Below are positions 17,415-26,248 of a stretch of 32,000 nucleotides of DNA, piece by piece. Position 1 is the first letter of the stretch. Each line of letters starts with the position of its first letter. The translations under genes were made by a program, and so were the position numbers. The stretch comes from Candidatus Poseidoniaceae archaeon. GTDB taxonomy: Archaea > Thermoplasmatota > Poseidoniia > Poseidoniales > Poseidoniaceae. Where the stretch lies: NCBI GenBank assembly GCA_943789275.1, contig CALSTM010000003.1, forward strand, positions 210,001 through 242,000. Direction: 5' to 3'. A model generated the notes under the pieces. The model saw only the letters and a list, made by a program, of their open reading frames with translations. It ran no database searches and was not told where the DNA came from.

Positions 17415-20023
17415 TGCTCAAAAATATCGAACAATTAATTGTCCGAGACATCCGAAAATGGGACGGTGAACACACGTTCGATTTCCATGAGGGAGTCACT
17501 GTTCTTCACGGCCAAAACGGACGGGGCAAGACGACTCTAAACACTGCGTTAATGCTCACACTCGTGTTTTCTGCCAATTCGAACGGACTTCAGCAGGATC
17601 TCACACCTCGAAATGGTGGATCCCCGCGGTCCAGTGTGATTTTCTCGACACAAGATGGACGGCGATTCAGAATCAGCAAAACATGGGGCGACAGAAACCA
17701 ATCTCGTCTTTTCGATGCCGACACAAATGAAGAACTTGCACGTGGAGGGGACGCCGAAGATCAAACTCGAGAATTGGCCTTCGGAATTCCGCCATCCAGC
17801 GGCCGGTACAGCGCCAGAAATGGGTTGGTCGCTAATCTCGAGCAAACGATCGAAAACTACGTTGCAACCCTCTCCTTCTATTCACAGGGGAGCCTCCATA
17901 TCGCCCCAAAAATGGGCGAGGCCCTAAGAAACATTGGCCTCGTAGCGGACGAAGCAGAACGAGCACGAGGCTTTACTGCAATCAGTCTTGTGGCCAAAAC
18001 TGAGTCTCAAGGACTCATTTCGGGAGTGACAAACGCAGGGTTGCCAAGGGCAAATGCAACTGGGAGAGTAATCAATCAGCAGAAGGTGCTCGATAACATC
18101 CGTGCTGAAATTCAGCAAGCTCGCGAAACCGAAGCAGACTTGATCGAGGCTGAATCAAATCTGTTTGTAATGACGGATGAGGTTGACGAGGACATCAATG
18201 AAGAAACTCGGCAACAGAAAGCGGATTTGATTCGAGGCTTTACTCAAGATGCGGCCAATCACCGGGCAGAGCGGGAAGCAGCACGCGTCCTTCATGATCA
18301 ATCAAAGGAAACCCATGACCCACTCAAAGTCATGAACGATGAGCGGAAGCGACTCATCAAAACCGCCCGCGATGATGCGAAGAGTTTGAGAGGTCTCGGG
18401 CAAAAGGAGAACCATGCTCGAGAAAAGTTCGAACAGTCAGAAGCGTTACATGCGTTGAAGTTACAAGAGAAAGACACTCATTCTTTAGAACTTGAAAACA
18501 TCAAACTCTGGCAACTCTACCTCACTCAAGAAGAGCGGAATCAAGAACAAAGGGTTGCACTCGGCAAAGCCATTGAACATCGTAACAACCACGAGGAAGG
18601 GCTCGTATACCAGGCAACGCTCCAACAGCAACGAGATCATCTCCAGTTAGCGAGTGACGAACAGTGGACAAAAATCAAGGATTATGATGCACAAATTGCT
18701 GCTGCAAAGGCAGAAAGGACCATGAAGATCAAGATCGGAACACTCCCAAAGAATTGGGTTGTCGAAGGCGATGGCTTGCCCCTCCAAGAGGATGGTTCAG
18801 CTTCAGAAAGCATCGAAGTCCGGGACAAAGACGGCATGGTTTTGGAAGTGCGGCAAGCCATGGATGGTGCGTCACCCACCGAACTTGAACTCTTGAAAAA
18901 TGAAGTGCTTGGAGAACTAAAGGCTACATCAACAAGTGAGCTCCGCCAACGGCAAGACGAAGCAACTCGGTTAAAAACTGAAATTGATGTAAGCAAGCGA
19001 TCGTTGGCAATGCTTCCTCTGACCACTGAACTCGATGCCATCATCGCCGAGCTCAAGGCCAAAATCGAAACAGAAGTGACGCAACCAGACCTTCCACTGC
19101 CTGAAGGAGACTTGCGCGATGAAGGTGTCCGTATTACTGAACGGGTACGGCTCGCAGAAAAGGCGCTGGAAGCCGTTCGTGAAGCACGGACACAGGCGCA
19201 AGCTGATTACATCACCTCGAACACAAGGCTCGTCGATGCGACAACCGTATGGAATGAAATTCTTTCAACGCTGGAGGAGCATCGTACCACCTACGGGACT
19301 GACGAGGATGTAGCTCAACAATTAACTCAAGCATCTCAAGACTTAGAAACAAAGGCTGCGGTGTGGAATGGATTTGTTGAAAATAAGGAACTACGGGAGG
19401 ATGCACCCGAAAAGAAGGCAACAAATCTCCAGCGATCACTCGACGCTTATGATCAACAACGGAACGGACTGATTCGCCTTCAAGAGCGAGTGGTTCTGTT
19501 GAGAAGCAACCCTCTCTTACAACGTCTTCCGGATTTGGAAGCAGCACTCCATGTTGAGGCCGATGAGTTGGCACGGCTCCAATTGGAATACGAAGCATAC
19601 GACTTGATTCAGAAATTAGCGGAGCAAGCTGGCGTGGCTGCTCAACAACTCGCTCGCAATGAAACTACAGAACGAATGCACCGTTTGCTGAACTATGTCT
19701 GGGGAGTGGATGCTGACTTGACCTTTGCCGAGGACGGTGCACCCATTCAAACCCGCCAAATAAACATCAAAGATGAATCGCATGGAACCAAGGAGCAACT
19801 CCAAACAATTCTTCGCTTGGTACTGCTTTCAACCGCAGCAGAGAATGGTACAACGATGCTGCTGGATGATGCGCTTGTCTTCTCCGATGATGGGCGATTA
19901 AACAGAATGAAGGATGTGCTCCAGGTCGAGAGCAACGCCGGTATGCAATTGATCATCTTCACATGTCGGCCGGAGGATTACGTAGACATCGCTGATGAAA
20001 TCATCAATCTGGACGACTTTTGA
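17414..20023 (+). CDS. SbcC/Rad50/YhaN-like coiled-coil ABC-type ATPase lacking a zinc hook
   Basis: Walker A is GQNGRGKTT. Long heptad-like Glu/Gln/Arg/Lys-rich arms follow. The C-terminal signature-like sequence is SHGTKEQLQTILRL, and Walker B/D-loop is TMLLDDALVFSD. GGAGGTG lies 9 nt upstream of ATG 17414; the track start is 17405. Confidence 0.85.
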   Translation: MLKNIEQLIVRDIRKWDGEHTFDFHEGVTVLHGQNGRGKTTLNTALMLTLVFSANSNGLQQDLTPRNGGSPRSSVIFSTQDGRRFRISKTWGDRNQSRLFDADTNEELARGGDAEDQTRELAFGIPPSSGRYSARNGLVANLEQTIENYVATLSFYSQGSLHIAPKMGEALRNIGLVADEAERARGFTAISLVAKTESQGLISGVTNAGLPRANATGRVINQQKVLDNIRAEIQQARETEADLIEAESNLFVMTDEVDEDINEETRQQKADLIRGFTQDAANHRAEREAARVLHDQSKETHDPLKVMNDERKRLIKTARDDAKSLRGLGQKENHAREKFEQSEALHALKLQEKDTHSLELENIKLWQLYLTQEERNQEQRVALGKAIEHRNNHEEGLVYQATLQQQRDHLQLASDEQWTKIKDYDAQIAAAKAERTMKIKIGTLPKNWVVEGDGLPLQEDGSASESIEVRDKDGMVLEVRQAMDGASPTELELLKNEVLGELKATSTSELRQRQDEATRLKTEIDVSKRSLAMLPLTTELDAIIAELKAKIETEVTQPDLPLPEGDLRDEGVRITERVRLAEKALEAVREARTQAQADYITSNTRLVDATTVWNEILSTLEEHRTTYGTDEDVAQQLTQASQDLETKAAVWNGFVENKELREDAPEKKATNLQRSLDAYDQQRNGLIRLQERVVLLRSNPLLQRLPDLEAALHVEADELARLQLEYEAYDLIQKLAEQAGVAAQQLARNETTERMHRLLNYVWGVDADLTFAEDGAPIQTRQINIKDESHGTKEQLQTILRLVLLSTAAENGTTMLLDDALVFSDDGRLNRMKDVLQVESNAGMQLIIFTCRPEDYVDIADEIINLDDF

Positions 20024-20032
20024 GGCAAAACC

Positions 20033-20246
20033 TCTTGTTACATCCACCAACCAATTAATCTCCATGATTTCGAATGGGTTTTTGCACCGACCCCATCGAA
20101 CAGATTGATTGGTTTGAACGGTGTGAAAATTCACCATGTTGAACCATCAACCAATCAATTCGGATGCGTTGGAAGGGGGTATCCGAAACCCTATCCAACT
20201 GGAAAAGTCGTTGGAAGGGTTTTCAGTGGGTCTGTTTGTTCGCTAC
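20033..20246 (+). repeat. right copy of the ~210-bp imperfect direct repeat (partner at 10529-10742)
   Basis: It begins ~10 nt after the ATPase stop and ends 7 nt before the stop codon of the convergent aconitase-family gene. The motif copies lie at 20041-20060 (direct), 20097-20121 (inverted) and 20138-20160 (direct). Confidence 0.85.
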
Positions 20247-20253
20247 CCTCTGC

Positions 20254-22242
20254 TCAGTTGAACAGGCCTTCATTCCACGACGTGATACTTCCTGTGAAAG
20301 CAGATGCAGCAACAGTAAGTGGGCTTGCAAGGTAGAGTTTTCCAGGCCCAGAACGTCCTTGGAAATTACGATTGATTGCGGAGACGGTCACTTGTTCAGG
20401 CGTGATGGAAACTCCAGGGCCTGCACCAATACATGCCCCACAACCCGGGTCGATGAGTTTGACACCAACTCGGCCGAACAAATCGTGCCAGCCTTCGCGA
20501 ACAGCCAAATCTTTGACGAGACCTGATCCATATTGAATGTAGAAATCAACACCGTCCTTGACCACGAGACCTGCTTCTTCAGCTGCTTTACACACTTGAG
20601 CATAGTAAGCAACATCGTCTGCTTTACCAGCAGTACACGAGCCACCATAGGCGATATCGATGGTGACGCTACCGATATCAGCAACATTCGCTCCATTGGT
20701 CGGGTCGCTTGGAATGCCTTTGTTCGGGTCGCCTGGGTGTGCGACCATCGGTTGAATTTCAGACATGTTGATGATGTGGACTCCCCCGTCATAATGAGCG
20801 TCTTGGTCAGGATGTACGGCAAGTCCTTTCTGAGTCTCAAGGTCAAGGTGCGGTTGGGCAGCAATCATCCAGTCATACAGCAGGTCATCCGCTTCACAAA
20901 TCCCCGTACGGCCTGAACATTCTGTTGCCATGTTGCACAAGGTCGCTCTTTCATCAATGGACAAACCTGCGAGGCCAGAGCCGCCGAATTCCATGCTGCG
21001 ATTCAAGGTGAGTTCCTTGCGAGCGTGGTCGGCAAGGATGAACAGAATGACGTCTTTCGCAGTGCAACCCTTGGCAAGTGTGCCTTGCAGTTCGAATCGG
21101 ATTGATTCAGGGACCTTGACAAACGTGAATCCTGCACTGATGAGGTTGGCGTATTCAGTTGCGCCTACACCCCATGTCAAGGCATTCGAAGCGCCACCCA
21201 TGCAGGTGTGGGAGTCGGTGGCTTGGATGAAATCACCAACTTCGATAAACTCTTCACGCGCCACTTGATGGCAAATACCAGGAGAAACGCCGTCTTTGGC
21301 AGAATAATCACGAACTTTCGTGTGCTGCTGGAATGCAATTTGTAAATCTCTCAACGTTTGTACCTTGTCCATGAATGGAACAAACTTTGGATTGTGATGG
21401 GCATAGAGCAAATGGTCTTCAAACACGGCGAACTTTCCAGGGTTTGGTAATGCGTACCCCTCTCCGTATTCTTCTTGTAAGAAGGTATGAACTTGGGCGG
21501 TGGTAAATTCGTGTGAATAGCCACCTTGAACTTGGGCGATAACCGGGTCTTCAGGTTTGACACACTGCCCGTCATCTTGACCGACAAGGTTCCGAGCAAT
21601 GATTTTCTCAGCCATAGTCATTGGTCGGGGTGGCGTGTTGATAGCAGGCAGTTCGATGTCTCCAGATTTTAGAGATTTAGCAAACGGAAATAATCCACCT
21701 TTCTCAAGAATAATTTGAGTGACTTCATCGTAACGCGAGGTGAACTCTTCCAAAGCGATTTCTTCACCGTTTTGAAGCCGTTCAAGCATTGCATGGTCGC
21801 CCATGATTTGACCGAGATTGATGTTGTTCCGTTCATGAATTGGGGCAAAAGAGGCGGCGATGACGATGTTTATTCCTGCCCAGCGTTCACACTGAGCGGC
21901 GGTTTCTCTCGAGGAGCCCGTTCCCTTTCGTTGTCCAGAGACAATCGCTTCGAAGTTTCCATTTTTGAGGGCGTTTTCACTGAAGACTCTTAGGCCATTA
22001 TGCATCAATCCAGCATAGGCGTTTTTAGCAATTTCAGCCGGGTCATGGTCGAAACAGACCCATGCAGGCGTCATGACATCGGTATTAATATCGTCAAGCA
22101 AGTCATCAACGGTGAGGTCTTTCATGTTGAGATTAAGACCATCATACAATTGCTGTTTGATGAGACTGAGGTCTTTTGTAAGGAAAAGAACCCTTTTTTC
22201 AGGGTTTAGAGCAACTTTTTCCGGTGGCCACTGGTCTCTCAT
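20254..22242 (-). CDS. aconitase-superfamily hydratase/dehydratase with the swivel (LeuD-like) domain at the N-terminus
   Basis: The N-terminal GTGSSRETAAQCERWAGINIVIAASFAPIHERNNINLG is swivel-domain like. Catalytic domains follow with Fe-S ligand contexts TDSHTCMGG, GGSCTAGK and PGCGACIG. Confidence 0.85.
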   Translation of the reverse strand: MRDQWPPEKVALNPEKRVLFLTKDLSLIKQQLYDGLNLNMKDLTVDDLLDDINTDVMTPAWVCFDHDPAEIAKNAYAGLMHNGLRVFSENALKNGNFEAIVSGQRKGTGSSRETAAQCERWAGINIVIAASFAPIHERNNINLGQIMGDHAMLERLQNGEEIALEEFTSRYDEVTQIILEKGGLFPFAKSLKSGDIELPAINTPPRPMTMAEKIIARNLVGQDDGQCVKPEDPVIAQVQGGYSHEFTTAQVHTFLQEEYGEGYALPNPGKFAVFEDHLLYAHHNPKFVPFMDKVQTLRDLQIAFQQHTKVRDYSAKDGVSPGICHQVAREEFIEVGDFIQATDSHTCMGGASNALTWGVGATEYANLISAGFTFVKVPESIRFELQGTLAKGCTAKDVILFILADHARKELTLNRSMEFGGSGLAGLSIDERATLCNMATECSGRTGICEADDLLYDWMIAAQPHLDLETQKGLAVHPDQDAHYDGGVHIINMSEIQPMVAHPGDPNKGIPSDPTNGANVADIGSVTIDIAYGGSCTAGKADDVAYYAQVCKAAEEAGLVVKDGVDFYIQYGSGLVKDLAVREGWHDLFGRVGVKLIDPGCGACIGAGPGVSITPEQVTVSAINRNFQGRSGPGKLYLASPLTVAASAFTGSITSWNEGLFN

Positions 22243-22463
22243 CTTACGCCCTCAAATCCTTTCAAGCGCTCAGTGTTGATAACCGGTTCGGGAATATTCT
22301 TTGGCTGTAGACGGCAAAGATTTGACTCTTCCAGCCTTTTTGTTCACTTAACTTTATACTACAAACCGCATTAGTTTAAATACCATCACTTGTCGGAATA
22401 TAATAAAGTTCCCCAACGAGTTGAGCAACGAAGCTCGGCGAGGGAGTGCAATGAGGAATACAT

Positions 22464-23390
22464 ATGGATGAGCAACAAGTAGAAGATATCGTAAAATGCA
22501 GCGACTGTGCGAGTCGAAATTTAACCCGTGATGAAACTCGCGGTGAAGTCATTTGTGACGATTGTGGATTGGTTTTAGAAGACAATGTCATCGATCAAGG
22601 CGCAGAATGGCGTGTGTTTTCTCCAGAACAAGGAGACCAGCGCGCCCGTACCGGTGCCCCAATGACGGTCATGCTGCACGACAAAGGTTTGTCCACAGAT
22701 ATCGACTGGCAGAACAAAGACTACTCGGGAAAAACCATCAATTCTCGCTACCGCTCTCAATTCTACAGAATGCGTAAGTGGCAAAAGAGAAGCCGTGTTT
22801 CCAACGCTACAGAACGAAACTTGGCTATGGCTCTTGCAGAACTTGACCGAATGGCAAGTCGACTCGAATTGCCGAAATCCGTACGTGAAGCAGCAGCGGT
22901 GAACTACAAGAAAGCAGTTGACAAGCGTTTGATTCGTGGCCGTTCGATTGAAGGTGTTGCTGCTGCATCACTCTATGCTGCTTGCCGCCAATGTGGCGTA
23001 CCTCGTACCCTCGATGAAATCGGTCAAGCATCAAGAACCGGTCGTAAGGAAATTGGCCGAACATACCGTTTCATGGTCCGAGAATTGAAGATGAAAATCA
23101 TGCCAACAGGTCCTGAGGACTACATTTCCCGATTCTGTTCAGGTCTTGGATTGGATGCTGAAGTTGAAGCCAAAGCATACGAGTTGATCAAAGCGGCACA
23201 AGAAAAGGAACTGACCAGCGGCCGTGGCCCAACCGGTATTGCTGCCTCCATTATCTACATCGCATCGGTTCTTTGCGGCAAGCGAAGAACCCAACGTGAA
23301 GTTGCTGAAGTGGCAGGTGTCACTGAAGTGACGATTCGTAACCGATACAAGGAACTGATTCAGAACTTGAACATCGAACTGGACATTTGA
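22464..23390 (+). CDS. tfb: transcription initiation factor TFB (TFIIB homologue)
   Basis: An N-terminal zinc ribbon CSDCASRNL...VICDDCGLV is followed by a B-finger/linker and two cyclin-fold repeats ([33 protein letters not shown]). Confidence 0.95.
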   Translation: MDEQQVEDIVKCSDCASRNLTRDETRGEVICDDCGLVLEDNVIDQGAEWRVFSPEQGDQRARTGAPMTVMLHDKGLSTDIDWQNKDYSGKTINSRYRSQFYRMRKWQKRSRVSNATERNLAMALAELDRMASRLELPKSVREAAAVNYKKAVDKRLIRGRSIEGVAAASLYAACRQCGVPRTLDEIGQASRTGRKEIGRTYRFMVRELKMKIMPTGPEDYISRFCSGLGLDAEVEAKAYELIKAAQEKELTSGRGPTGIAASIIYIASVLCGKRRTQREVAEVAGVTEVTIRNRYKELIQNLNIELDI

Positions 23391-23420
23391 TTTGACCATT
23401 TGATTCCTTGAGGTTTCAGC

Positions 23421-24905
23421 ATGGGTAAAGAACGGATGAAATTATCGGACCGCGTTTTTGAGGCGGTCGAAAGCGGTCTCGTACAAGCGATGGAGCGAGG
23501 GACTGTGGCCTGGCCACTCCCTCAGCCACCAATGACCGACCCGGATTTCCCGCCAATCGAGCCTCGCACTCCTGCCAAAGTCATCGAACAAGGTCTCGGA
23601 ATCCTACAAATGGACCGTGCCATGTTTGAAGCGAACCTCAATACTGTGGTCGACCTTATTGTCCCCCACCGAATGAATCTCAGCGACGACCCGTTTGAGG
23701 TGCATCAAAAATGGCTTCATCGACGTGTTGACAAAGTGGCAGAACGATTGCTTTTCACGGTTGCAACCGATTGGCTTTCCCAGGCTTTTGATCATACTGC
23801 GCCGAATACGGACCGATGGTGGTTGGCCATAGCCCTCATCAACGGCCTTTCGACTGTTCCACACGGACAACCGGTTCACCAAGGCTACCACTTGGTTGAG
23901 TCGATTGCACTCGCAGAACGGCCAGGAACGTGGCATACTCAACCGGATGTCGGACCTCACCAACTGGAATGGAATCCACATGCAGTGATTCCACGCAATA
24001 CCGGCGTAGTGGCTCACGATGCTGGTGTTGAGGCCGCAAAATGGCTCTTGGAGAAACTTGAGAACGATTCCGTGGAACGACGTCTTCTGCTCATGGAATG
24101 GGTTCGATTGCTCCTTCAACGACCGAACCTTGTCGAACCGCTTGGTTTGACCGACGTGCTTCTTCGTCGAGCCTCTGATGCGGAACCCGAGGTTGCTGGA
24201 CGCGTGACGTTATGTCTTGCGAAAACCATCGAATTCAACCGCGATACAGGTCTCCTCCTCGCTCAACGTCTCCATCAACGAAAGGAGAAACTGCTTCGAA
24301 GAGGTATGGCGGATGTACTCACTCGAATGTTCCGCCGTCTTGAATGGGATGCAGTCCCTTTTCTCAATGATATGCTGAAGGATGAAGATGAGGGGGTATT
24401 GGCCGCTGCAAGTGCTACGGTTGGTGACCTGCGTTTCCTTGATTCGGAACTCTGGGCCGATACCATGGCTGAACTCGCAACTCACCCTTTGCCGATTGTA
24501 AGAAGAAACCTTGTACCTTTCTTACGCGATTATATTGAGCAGTATTCTGAGGACGAACGCCGCCTCCTTCCCCAACTCTGGCAAGACGGAGACGAAGTCG
24601 TTCGAACTCGAATGCGGGAACTGCTGATGCGAATGGAAGAGGTTTCACCGGACCATTTTGCTGCGCGACTCGAAGATTTCCGGAAGCAAGGCTGCGATCT
24701 CGAAGGCCTTTGGGAGCCTCTCACGCATCGTCGACCGGAACGCAGCCTCCTTTGGCAAGCATGGTTTGCCGGCGAAGGAGAACAACCAACTTCCCCGCCA
24801 CCTGCTCCAGCACCGCACAGCGATATGGATGAATCGGGTGAATTGCCATCTGTAGAAGATGCGTACGAACTTCTCGACCAAGAACTTGGTTTCATTGACG
24901 ATTAG
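23421..24905 (+). CDS. hypothetical protein, possibly HEAT/ARM-like helical repeats, with acidic C-terminal tail
   Basis: 494-aa ORF 30 nt downstream of tfb. It has repeated helical segments rich in Leu/Arg (e.g. VRRNLVPFLRDYIE, VRTRMRELLMRM). The repeat assignment is tentative. Confidence 0.6.
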   Translation: MGKERMKLSDRVFEAVESGLVQAMERGTVAWPLPQPPMTDPDFPPIEPRTPAKVIEQGLGILQMDRAMFEANLNTVVDLIVPHRMNLSDDPFEVHQKWLHRRVDKVAERLLFTVATDWLSQAFDHTAPNTDRWWLAIALINGLSTVPHGQPVHQGYHLVESIALAERPGTWHTQPDVGPHQLEWNPHAVIPRNTGVVAHDAGVEAAKWLLEKLENDSVERRLLLMEWVRLLLQRPNLVEPLGLTDVLLRRASDAEPEVAGRVTLCLAKTIEFNRDTGLLLAQRLHQRKEKLLRRGMADVLTRMFRRLEWDAVPFLNDMLKDEDEGVLAAASATVGDLRFLDSELWADTMAELATHPLPIVRRNLVPFLRDYIEQYSEDERRLLPQLWQDGDEVVRTRMRELLMRMEEVSPDHFAARLEDFRKQGCDLEGLWEPLTHRRPERSLLWQAWFAGEGEQPTSPPPAPAPHSDMDESGELPSVEDAYELLDQELGFIDD

Positions 24906-24906
24906 A

Positions 24907-25329
24907 TTACTCTTCTTCGTCTTGCTTTGCTAAAGGTCCGACGGTAATGAGTCCGACGTAGATCGCGTTGAGAGCAACCATGCTGCCTGCTAATGTGAGT
25001 ATCATCCCAGTTGGTTCAGGCGCATAGGCATCGTAACCAGTCCACACGAGGACTTTCACCGTCACCATCATCGAGAGTCCAACCAATAGAACATCTTGCC
25101 ATTTCTCGGCAGGGTTTTTCCATAAATCGACAGTGGGGGCGACTCCTTTTCGGTCGAAAGCCCATCGAAACCAACTCAAATAAATCAAGATGAGTCCAGT
25201 CAAGCCGACCAAACCTCGAGAAAAAGAGCGTGAATTCCAAGGGCCTTCTGGAGTGATATCGACAAAGGATTGAGCCACCAGAACAATTCCTGTTATGGCA
25301 AACCACCGCCACTCTACAGTTCTGCCCAT
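24907..25329 (-). CDS. small integral membrane protein (about 4 TM helices)
   Basis: The track ORF extends to 25569, but that extension overlaps the divergent nucleotidyltransferase gene and looks non-protein-like. Starting at M81 (25329) gives MGRTVEWRWFAITGIVLVAQ..., 140 aa with four hydrophobic segments. Confidence 0.55.
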   Translation of the reverse strand: MGRTVEWRWFAITGIVLVAQSFVDITPEGPWNSRSFSRGLVGLTGLILIYLSWFRWAFDRKGVAPTVDLWKNPAEKWQDVLLVGLSMMVTVKVLVWTGYDAYAPEPTGMILTLAGSMVALNAIYVGLITVGPLAKQDEEE

Positions 25330-25381
25330 AGTCGACCGTAGGAGGGCCACGCTTGAAAGCCTACGCCACACAGCGGCCATC

Positions 25382-26248
25382 ATGACGGCGGTTCGAGATG
25401 CTTTACTTGTTGCCGGGGGATTGGGAACGCGTATGCTACCGACAAGCGCCTCCGTGCCCAAGGAAGCACTGCCTTTGGTCGACATACCTGCACTTGTGCA
25501 TTTGGCTCGAGAAGCCGTAGCTGCTGGTGTGGAGCGATTGCACATTATCTCGTCGCCTCGTAAAGACATGAGCGCACTCCTAGGAGATCACGGTTGGCTT
25601 CTCGAGCGTCGACCCGACCTTGACCCCCAACTCCTTTCGCCGTTCGCAGACGTAGAAGTTCATGTCCACATCCAACACGAGCCACTGGGATTAGGCAACG
25701 CTATTGAAAGCGCGCTTGACTCAATCAACGGGCCATTCTTGGTTCTGCTTGGTGATAATATTCTGTTGAACCATCACACGGCACCAAATGACTTCACCCC
25801 TTCGAATGCGAGTCGGCAACTTGTTGAACACTTCCAGTCGAACGGTTTGCCGTGCGTTGGTCTTCTCCCTGTTCAGCCTTCCGAAGTTTCGAATTATGGA
25901 GTCGTACGGCTTGATGGACAACGTATTTTGGAAATTTGTGAGAAACCGAGTGCAGAGGATGCCCCTTCAAACTTGGTGATGTGTGGACGTTACTTGTTTA
26001 CCTCTGATGCTAAAACACTGTTGCAAAAGTACGATGTCGCCACCCACGGGGAACTCCAATCCATCGCTCTTCAACAGCATTGGATGAGTCATGATGGTTT
26101 GTTGGGCGTCGAATTAAACGGTTACCAATGGTACGATTCTGGAAAACCCCTCCCCTGGCTTCAAGCACAGGTCGACCATGCATTACGACGAGAAGATTTG
26201 AGCGAAGAATTTCGTTCTTGGCTGGTGAAGCGGCTCGACGAAAATTAA
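25382..26248 (+). CDS. sugar-1-phosphate nucleotidyltransferase, GalU-like (UTP-glucose-1-phosphate uridylyltransferase family)
   Basis: The N-terminal signature LLVAGGLGTRMLPTSASVPKEALPLVD matches the GalU-type GxGTRxLPxTKxxPKEMLP motif. I chose the internal ATG at 25382 rather than the track start 25295. Confidence 0.8.
   Translation: MTAVRDALLVAGGLGTRMLPTSASVPKEALPLVDIPALVHLAREAVAAGVERLHIISSPRKDMSALLGDHGWLLERRPDLDPQLLSPFADVEVHVHIQHEPLGLGNAIESALDSINGPFLVLLGDNILLNHHTAPNDFTPSNASRQLVEHFQSNGLPCVGLLPVQPSEVSNYGVVRLDGQRILEICEKPSAEDAPSNLVMCGRYLFTSDAKTLLQKYDVATHGELQSIALQQHWMSHDGLLGVELNGYQWYDSGKPLPWLQAQVDHALRREDLSEEFRSWLVKRLDEN

Noticed and set aside
16284-20023. Canonical archaeal Mre11-Rad50 repair pair (the sizes 378 and 872 aa fit).
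   Set aside because: There is no CxxC zinc hook (a single Cys in the whole ATPase) and no adjacent herA or nurA. The phosphoesterase has variant DxH and GHxH motifs. The signature is YhaN-like SHGTKEQ rather than LSGG. The genes sit in a repeat-bracketed island next to an R-M unit. A housekeeping role is not formally excluded.
11208-20023. Assignment to a named SMC-type defence system (Wadjet JetABCD, Lamassu LmuABC, Gabija, Septu).
   Set aside because: Gene number, sizes and domains do not fit: there is no Toprim JetD-like protein, no recognisable kleisin, no LmuA-type effector fusion and no UvrD or HNH partner. This rests on memory of those architectures, and profile searches are needed.
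25295-25569. Long versions of the two divergent ORFs (317-aa plus strand, 220-aa minus strand) that overlap by ~275 bp.
   Set aside because: The overlap is implausible. The GalU-type N-terminal motif begins right after the internal ATG 25382, and the membrane protein's hydrophobic core begins after M81 (25329). The internal starts were therefore chosen.
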